From Candidatus Kryptonium sp. (lineage in GTDB: Bacteria; Bacteroidota; Ignavibacteria; Kryptoniales; Kryptoniaceae), in contig JBCNVC010000001.1 of the NCBI GenBank assembly GCA_039630395.1, positions 34,861-98,860 on the forward strand: a DNA stretch of 64,000 bases, given 5' to 3'. Below, piece after piece: positions 62,406 through 64,000 of this stretch. The notes under the pieces were generated by a model that searched no databases, had not been told where the DNA came from, and worked only from the letters and a program-made list of their open reading frames with translations. The position numbers were made by a program, and so were the translations under genes. Each line of letters opens with the position of its first letter. The stretch's first letter is position 1.

Positions 62406-63621
62406 AACCTTTCACCACTCCTTTTATTGTTCCGTCTGATAATTTTATATTAAACTCATCGTTTATCTTAAGCTCATCCTTGCTGTGAACGATCTTTCCG
62501 TTTTTATAAACAATTGCATAACCACGTTTTAAAGCAATTTCAGGATTTACAGATTCAAATCTTTTTAGCCATTGATTGAAATCTTGCTTTATGATCTCAA
62601 ATCTATGGGACATCGCAATATCAAGGGCTCGTGTTAATTCGTCAATTCTCATTGTATATTGTCTTAACCAATCAAGTGGTCGGTTAAAGGCATAACTTTT
62701 AACGAGATGTTCAACCTCCCTTTTAGCGTTTTTTATTTTATCAAGCACAAGTTGATGAATAGTATACCAAATATTTTGAACATTTTCAATAACATCGTCA
62801 CGATTTTTCACAACCAATTCAGCTGCTGCTGATGGCGTTGGAGCTCTTAAATCTGCAACGAAATCACTTATGCTATAGTCGATCTCATGACCAACTGCGC
62901 TTATAATTGGAATTTTTGATTCAAAGATCGCTCTTGCGACAATTTCTTCATTAAAAGCCCATAGATCTTCTATTGAACCACCACCTCTTCCAACTATTAT
63001 CACTTCAACTTCTCCATAAGAATTCAAATCTCTTATTGCTTGGGCTATTTCCTCTGCCGCACCTTCACCTTGAACTTTGACAGGATAAACGATTAACTCA
63101 ACCGCTGGGAAACGGCGCGAGATTATGTTTATTATATCTCTTATCGCAGCACCCGTTGGGCTGGTGACGATCCCTATCCTATTTGGATATTCCGGAATTG
63201 GCTTTTTATATCGTTTATCAAATAATCCTTCGGCTGCAAGTTTTTGCTTCAACATCTCAAATTTTATTTGAAGCTCTCCGATTCCAAGAGGCTCAATAAA
63301 ATCAACTATGATCTTATATTCACCTCGCGGCTCGTAGATTTCAATTTTTCCGTGAACCAAAACCTTATCTCCATCTTTATAAGCACGATCTTTCAAGTAA
63401 GCGTCAGCATATCTTTTCCACATCGCTGCATTGATTGAAGCATTTTCATCTTTAAGTGTGAAATAAACATGTCCAGATGGACTGTGGACTTTATAATTTG
63501 ATATCTCACCCTGAAGCCATATATCTTGAAAATTTGGCTCAACAAATGCTTTTATTTTATAGGTTAATTCAGAAACCGTCAGAATTTTATCTTTTGCTAT
63601 TAAAGGATAGAAGTTGTACAT
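62389..63621 (-). CDS. xseA: Exodeoxyribonuclease VII large subunit
   Basis: GEISN, SGHVYFTLKD, RGGGSIEDLWAFN, VGHEID, TPSAAAE. Confidence 0.96.
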   Translation of the reverse strand: MYNFYPLIAKDKILTVSELTYKIKAFVEPNFQDIWLQGEISNYKVHSPSGHVYFTLKDENASINAAMWKRYADAYLKDRAYKDGDKVLVHGKIEIYEPRGEYKIIVDFIEPLGIGELQIKFEMLKQKLAAEGLFDKRYKKPIPEYPNRIGIVTSPTGAAIRDIINIISRRFPAVELIVYPVKVQGEGAAEEIAQAIRDLNSYGEVEVIIVGRGGGSIEDLWAFNEEIVARAIFESKIPIISAVGHEIDYSISDFVADLRAPTPSAAAELVVKNRDDVIENVQNIWYTIHQLVLDKIKNAKREVEHLVKSYAFNRPLDWLRQYTMRIDELTRALDIAMSHRFEIIKQDFNQWLKRFESVNPEIALKRGYAIVYKNGKIVHSKDELKINDEFNIKLSDGTIKGVVKGYGEEK

Positions 63622-63740
63622 TTGCTTGCGACTTTCAAAGAAGGCTATTTTTCTTTTTTGAAAATTTAAACAAAAAAGAAAACTTAAAAAAATTGGATTG
63701 GGATGAAAACGCAATTACACAATGAAATCATCATTAAAAG

Positions 63741-63998
63741 TTACCAACGAACCTTCCAATCTCTCTTATTATGATTATTTAAAATAGACATTTGAATTAA
63801 TTCATCTCGGTAGATCAAACCAGCTGCTACATAATTATCGCTCATAAACCTTATATCATCACCAAGTCCAACTGATTTTGTTATCTTCCATTGATATTTA
63901 TCAAACTCAGAGATAAGTTCATCTATGGTTCTATAACCACCTTCGGTTTTACCTTGCTTCGTCTCAAAAATTGAGTTAATAGCGTAGCCTGCGATAAA
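63741..63998 (-). CDS. 3' end of a gene running off the window, ARPP-1/DUF6569-like
   Basis: Hand translation ..FIAGYAINSI..KSVGLGDDIRFMSDNYVAAGLIYRDELIQMSIL..W*. Confidence 0.55.
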   Translation of the reverse strand, partial: FIAGYAINSIFETKQGKTEGGYRTIDELISEFDKYQWKITKSVGLGDDIRFMSDNYVAAGLIYRDELIQMSILNNHNKRDWKVRW

Positions 63999-64000
63999 TG

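Overview
AT-rich, gene-dense bacterial chromosome segment. Gene content and protein style suggest a thermophilic FCB-group organism such as Ignavibacteria or Ca. Kryptonia; this is inferred, not searched. From left to right: a nucleoside and glycan-processing operon with a Crp/Fnr regulator; a ~10 kb minus-strand sulfide/persulfide redox cluster (two ArsR regulators, four thioredoxin-fold proteins, CoA-disulfide/persulfide reductase, a solo GroES, SQR, rhodanese, OsmC, DUF302, a c-type heme protein and several small Cys proteins); lutABC; a split-barrel/MenA fusion broken by one in-frame TAA; tRNA-Ser(GCT); exbB-exbD-tonB; a phytol-kinase/DUF92 fusion; archease; a lytic transglycosylase flanked by two candidate structured RNAs; dnaN-recF-dciA-gyrB-gyrA-secDF with no dnaA; a two-gene DNA methyltransferase plus EVE/DCD-PD-(D/E)XK nuclease cassette, the best candidate for a novel defence system; then purA, mutL, ctpA, tmk, dxs, xseAB and a truncated ARPP-1-like gene. 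I saw no CRISPR array, rRNA or transposase. All calls come from motif recognition by eye.
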